Source: Lingula anatina
Taxonomy: Eukaryota; Animalia; Brachiopoda
Reading direction: 5' to 3'
Assembly: GCA_051362555.1 (NCBI GenBank)
Contig: CM120640.1
Span: forward strand, 26,460,225 to 26,524,224
Length of the DNA: 64,000 bases
The notes below the pieces were generated by a model. That model had not been told where the DNA came from. It saw only the letters and a program-made list of their open reading frames with translations, and searched no databases. Position 1 is the first letter of the stretch. Each line of letters starts with the position of its first letter. Of this stretch, positions 61,702-64,000 are shown piece by piece. The position numbers were made by a program, and so were the translations under genes.

Positions 61702-64000
61702 TTAATTGATCAACTCAAAAATGTCAGAAATGCTTCCTCAAGAGTCAAAAATTTATATACTTGAAAAAATACCACAAAATAGTATTAAGTGACATTACAT
61801 TGAATTACTATGGATATTTTTTTAGTTTAAAGTTCAGGAATTTTTTCTTATCCACCCAATATACTTATGTGTGGTACATTGATCTAAACCTGATGATTTA
61901 ATTGTAAGTAAAATATTAACAGTACATAGCAGTTGATAACATCATTATTTTTGGGTGGTTAGAGTAAGAAAATTTGATGAGAACAAATATGTGGATTAAG
62001 TGAAGTTGTCAACACCTCCACTTGAAACAATGGATAACTTGAGAAAATAGAACAGTCTCGTTCAGTGTTTTGGATTTCTTGAGGGCAAATATGTACTGGG
62101 TTTTATGTCTCAGTGGGGAATAGCAGTGGAATTTTAAAGGTTAGGTGTAGGTGGATGTGAACCCAAGTCAGTCCCTCACAAAGTGTTATTTTCCAGCATC
62201 CCCCAAGCTGCTGATAAAAGTCTACAAATGCTGTTTGTTGAGGTGCACAACTTCTTCTTTGAAATTATTAATTGATGAAAAAAAGGACCTACACTAAGCA
62301 CTTCAAAAATTAAACCCTCTAAATATAACTGATAGATCTTATTTTTTGCAAGGTTCATTTTTTGACAAATATTGGAAGTGGAAATGAATGCCTCTTTCCC
62401 CTACTCCAAAGAAAGAGAAAATACTTCAGTAAATTTCTGCAAAATGAGTCATGGGTTTTGATAAAAGACATTTTCTTATATTAAACTTACAAACACATCA
62501 TTTATTTTGCTTTAATTAGAAATGATCAAATTTGATTCAAGTGACTTAAGATATGCGGCAGGGTATCATAGGGATTTTGACTATGAGACGGTTGTACTAA
62601 GTGTAGATTTCAGCAAGATAAAAGTTATCTGCCTATTCCAACTTCCCCATATTATGCAAGCATGCATCAATGGACGGCGCCAGGATACAGAAAAAGTAAG
62701 ATAAGAAGAAATGGAACCAACTTTGAAATCAGTGAATTACACAAAGTAATATAAAAATAGATTGAAATGGAATAAAATCCAAGAACTTTTCTTTTGTGGA
62801 TAATCTGTTTAACCATGGCATTTGCATCACTAGTGACCGTTTAAGTTACCATGTCCATGCAGATCCACCTTTGCCAATGTTGCCGCTGGTTAGTTACTTC
62901 TCTGATAGAAGAAAATTTATCATTAAATATCATCTTGGATTGGAGGGTGTATTTCAAAAAGTGTTTCTTTAATTAAATTTTGTTAAAGCTTTTGTTGAAT
63001 GTTGTTATTTATTTGTCTTGGGTCTCCATTGATTTTGCCACAAAAATTTACAGTTTTCGTTTAAAATTACAAGCATGCCTTTTTAGCTTAAATAAGTACA
63101 GTAAATCCAGCACATTTTTAGGATGTGATCATGATTTTATAACCTTTGTTATCCAAAGGATCACTTTGTCTAGTAAATGGAAACTCAGTGATCAAAAGTT
63201 TAAGTTTCTTTGTAAAACAAGCTCCTGTAGTGTAAGGATTGGTTTACTAAAAGAAGGTGCTTAGTGTAATGTTTAAAAATACCAGTGTCACTGCTCCTTG
63301 AAAGAAATACTTTGATAAATGTTGTATTTTTTTTCTCTATACATCAATATCTCTATTAATTATAAAGTGTCTGACATGTTTAGTTGTTCAAAGGGTAATT
63401 GAACACTTGTAACATCTTAAGCATTCTTGAGAGGGTTACATGTAACACTTACAACTGAGACTTACATCATGCTGTTGTTAAATTCTTTTTTTTTTTTTTT
63501 GCTTTTTTGTGTACAAAAGGCTTAAAACTAACATTAAGAAATCAAACATTATAAGGTGTATGAGCTTTGTGTATCATATTAAGCTTAAGAATAGACAAAG
63601 TTTGGTTTAATTATGTGGTACCTGCTTTACACTAGTAATTGACCATCAGATTAAGCTTCAACAACCTCCTGATATGGATGTTTCATCTTTTGTACAAATG
63701 TAAGTGATCTATTCTTGAGAATAAGAATACTGTTTACTGATAAGATGTTGCTTTTCTTTGAATGAAGTTATTTAGTTACCCTCATTAAGCGAATTTGATC
63801 CGATGCCTGCAGTAATGATGTAACTAGACCTTGCTCAGAAAAATAGGATATATATTTTCTTACCACATCTTGTATGAGTTTGCTAAGTCAGACATTCGGG
63901 CTTAGATTTCAGTTTACATTTTTTATTTCCACACCATGAACCATGTAAAGCTGTTACAGTTTAGCTGTCATAGGATCCCATGGACTTCAGGATGTAAAGA

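Overview
AT-rich animal genomic DNA, most likely a marine invertebrate (lophotrochozoan-like; inference). Most ORFs in the supplied track are spurious intronic frames. Four spliced or intronless genes were reconstructed by hand: (1) the last seven coding exons of DNA polymerase lambda (POLL, +, 147-7321); (2) a 565-aa type II membrane protein with an uninterrupted CDS and two glycosyltransferase-like domains (-, 9351-11048); (3) a complete 10-exon FANK1 (+, 13374-23671), head-to-head with gene 2; (4) the first six coding exons of a THSD4/ADAMTSL6-like secreted protein (+, 27897-41883), followed by an intron of >22 kb that runs off the window. Highlights: a small same-strand gene nested in a POLL intron (4098-4755) has its own CCAAT/CRE-like/TATA promoter and an AU-rich 3' UTR. 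Its product carries two PKA pseudosubstrate motifs (RRNAM, RRGGL) and a PKI-type nuclear export signal, suggesting an inducible bivalent PKA inhibitor (hypothesis). A candidate alternative signal-peptide first exon (50857-50913) lies inside the giant THSD4-like intron. There are sharp CpG-rich/CpG-poor domain boundaries and at least five non-autonomous DNA transposon families (Harbinger-, Kolobok-, hAT/P- and Helentron-like). All homology statements come from remembered family motifs, not database searches.
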